Source: Histomonas meleagridis 2922-C6/04-290x (Eukaryota; Protista; Parabasalia). From it: a DNA stretch of 64,000 nucleotides. How positions within the stretch are numbered: position 1 is the first letter of the stretch; each line of letters starts with the position of its first letter. Both the position numbers and the translations under genes were made by a program. The stretch is taken from assembly GCA_020184695.1 (NCBI GenBank), contig JAANOX010000232.1, positions 186,001-250,000 on the forward strand, written 5' to 3'. Of the stretch, positions 62,602 through 64,000 are shown in pieces. Under the pieces are notes generated by a model. That model did not search any database, was not told the origin of the DNA, and saw nothing but the letters and a program-made list of their open reading frames with translations.

Positions 62602-63432
62602 ATGAAACAAAATCTTCACTTCGTTCATGTGAACACTACAGCTCGGGAATATGTAAAACAGCGTTACCAAGATCCAGATGTTGATAAGCAATTAATTACT
62701 TCAAATAATTATGTTCTAAATGATTGGATTTTCAAAGAAGAAACCCGTTGTTCAATAAAATACACAATGAATGTAAAGTGGAGTGAACCAGTACAACAAG
62801 TTTTGAGTAAAAGCGAAGTAACTGTTAGTGAAAAACGAAACTTTGATTTTGATTCAAATCCCATTAAAATATCATCCACCATATCAACAAATTTCAAGTA
62901 TCTCAAAGCCACTATTATCCGTACTCTGACTGATTCTAACAACAATTGTACTGAAGATATTTCAATTAATATTATTTATTCTGGCGATTGTTATAAGAAG
63001 GAAATAGAAAGAAGCTTCTTCCTTGCATTGCAGCCATTAATTATCACAGAAGCAAAGGCGCCTTTATTTGCTGACAATGCATCATTAGAACATTTTCAAA
63101 TATATCATAACCTTCATGATGAACTTGAACAGCTTAAAAACCTTTCTTCCTCATTTAATAACATCATAGAACAGACCAAGATTGACCGGAAGCCTTTGGT
63201 TGTTCCGAGCGCTGATCAAATTTCACAAATCATAAACATTGTTAGTTACGAAAAATTTTCGATTCAGGACGAAATAGATCAAATGAGGGCAGAAACAGAT
63301 AGAATGAACAGAATTGTTGGGTCAATTAAAAAGGCAAGACAGCAAACAATTGGATCGAGTTCCCTTCCTATTTTTATAATGGCATCATGCGCTGCATTGA
63401 TTGCTATTGTGATTTCGAGATCAAAAAAATAA
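62602..63432 (+). CDS. Possible VASt/START-like domain protein with coiled coil and C-terminal TM anchor
   Basis: Beta-rich N-terminal half (DW...RCSIKYTMNV...VTVSEKR), a helical region and C-terminal LPIFIMASCAALIAIVI. The domain call is tentative. Confidence 0.55.
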   Translation: MKQNLHFVHVNTTAREYVKQRYQDPDVDKQLITSNNYVLNDWIFKEETRCSIKYTMNVKWSEPVQQVLSKSEVTVSEKRNFDFDSNPIKISSTISTNFKYLKATIIRTLTDSNNNCTEDISINIIYSGDCYKKEIERSFFLALQPLIITEAKAPLFADNASLEHFQIYHNLHDELEQLKNLSSSFNNIIEQTKIDRKPLVVPSADQISQIINIVSYEKFSIQDEIDQMRAETDRMNRIVGSIKKARQQTIGSSSLPIFIMASCAALIAIVISRSKK

Positions 63433-63708
63433 ATATTCTGAGTGTTTGGATAAATAATTTTTTATTTATTTTCTTTGTTAATGATGAAATAGCTGAAAGT
63501 TCAATAAAAAGTCGTTCTATCAATAACTAATTCATGATTTTAGAAAAATAATGTTTGAATGAATGTTACACCAGATTGTAAATGTATTTGATTTTGTAAT
63601 TGCAATACTTTGAGAAAATGTATCGGATCCGATAAATGCATTTGATTGAGTGAATGCATTTGAATTATAAAATGCTCACTACTTTTTGCACACTGTATAA
63701 AGACAGAA

Positions 63709-64000
63709 ATGAGAAAATATAATAGAACTACAATTGTTAATTTTACAGAAGAAGAACATGGAGATATAATTTATCAAAAATTAGAGCAATATTATCTTTC
63801 TTATCAAACAGGAATAATAACATTTAATTTATCCTTGACTCCACAATATGTTGAAGAATTTGTCAAGATTACTACAGATGCAAGTGATTTTTGGAGACAA
63901 TACTTTTCAAAAAAGATCCAAGAAGTGCTAGATTGCCTCAAAGAAAACTATGATATGTTTTGGTCTTATGTTAATATAAATCATCAACATTTATCAGCAT
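63709..64000 (+). CDS. Hypothetical ORF running off the window end
   Basis: ATG at 63709 followed by 97 stop-free codons in AT-rich DNA. No recognisable motif. Confidence 0.4.
   Translation, partial: MRKYNRTTIVNFTEEEHGDIIYQKLEQYYLSYQTGIITFNLSLTPQYVEEFVKITTDASDFWRQYFSKKIQEVLDCLKENYDMFWSYVNINHQHLSA

Noticed and set aside
1-64000. tRNA, rRNA, Maverick/Polinton or other transposase genes
   Set aside because: No cloverleaf, rRNA-like tract, integrase, transposase or polymerase motifs, or long terminal inverted repeats were recognised by eye.

Overview
AT-rich, gene-dense eukaryotic DNA, almost certainly from a parabasalid protist (Trichomonas/Tritrichomonas-like). This is inferred from BspA-type LRR surface proteins, DUF3447-type ankyrin genes, F5/8 type C proteins, TCA(Y)T initiator and CCTTT (M5) promoter motifs, and stop codons overlapping TAAA. 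The standard genetic code applies. Intact housekeeping genes are RPL23 (partial), a GMF/ADF-H protein, Top3, EMC3, a WW-MyTH4-RhoGAP, beta-adaptin, RPL15, TVP23, a WDR11-like protein, a TRM2-like protein, RPS30, TKL and CAMK kinases, a Nup35-like RRM protein, type I DnaJ, YJU2 and VPS50. They are interspersed with expanding or decaying families (BspA, DUF3447-ankyrin, bacterial-type SDR relics). The most striking feature is an ankyrin gene at 21897-23755 (- strand). Its nine internal cassettes are each exactly 90 nt and stop-free. They are separated by ten conserved 71-83-nt AT-rich spacers that all sit in the ankyrin beta-hairpin, all break the frame (length 2 mod 3), carry a conserved inverted-repeat core, and lack GT-AG or parabasalid branch-point signals. 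Related spacers recur at three other ankyrin loci in the window. This suggests an uncharacterised non-canonical splicing, recoding or cassette-assembly system. All calls are by eye; no database searches were run.
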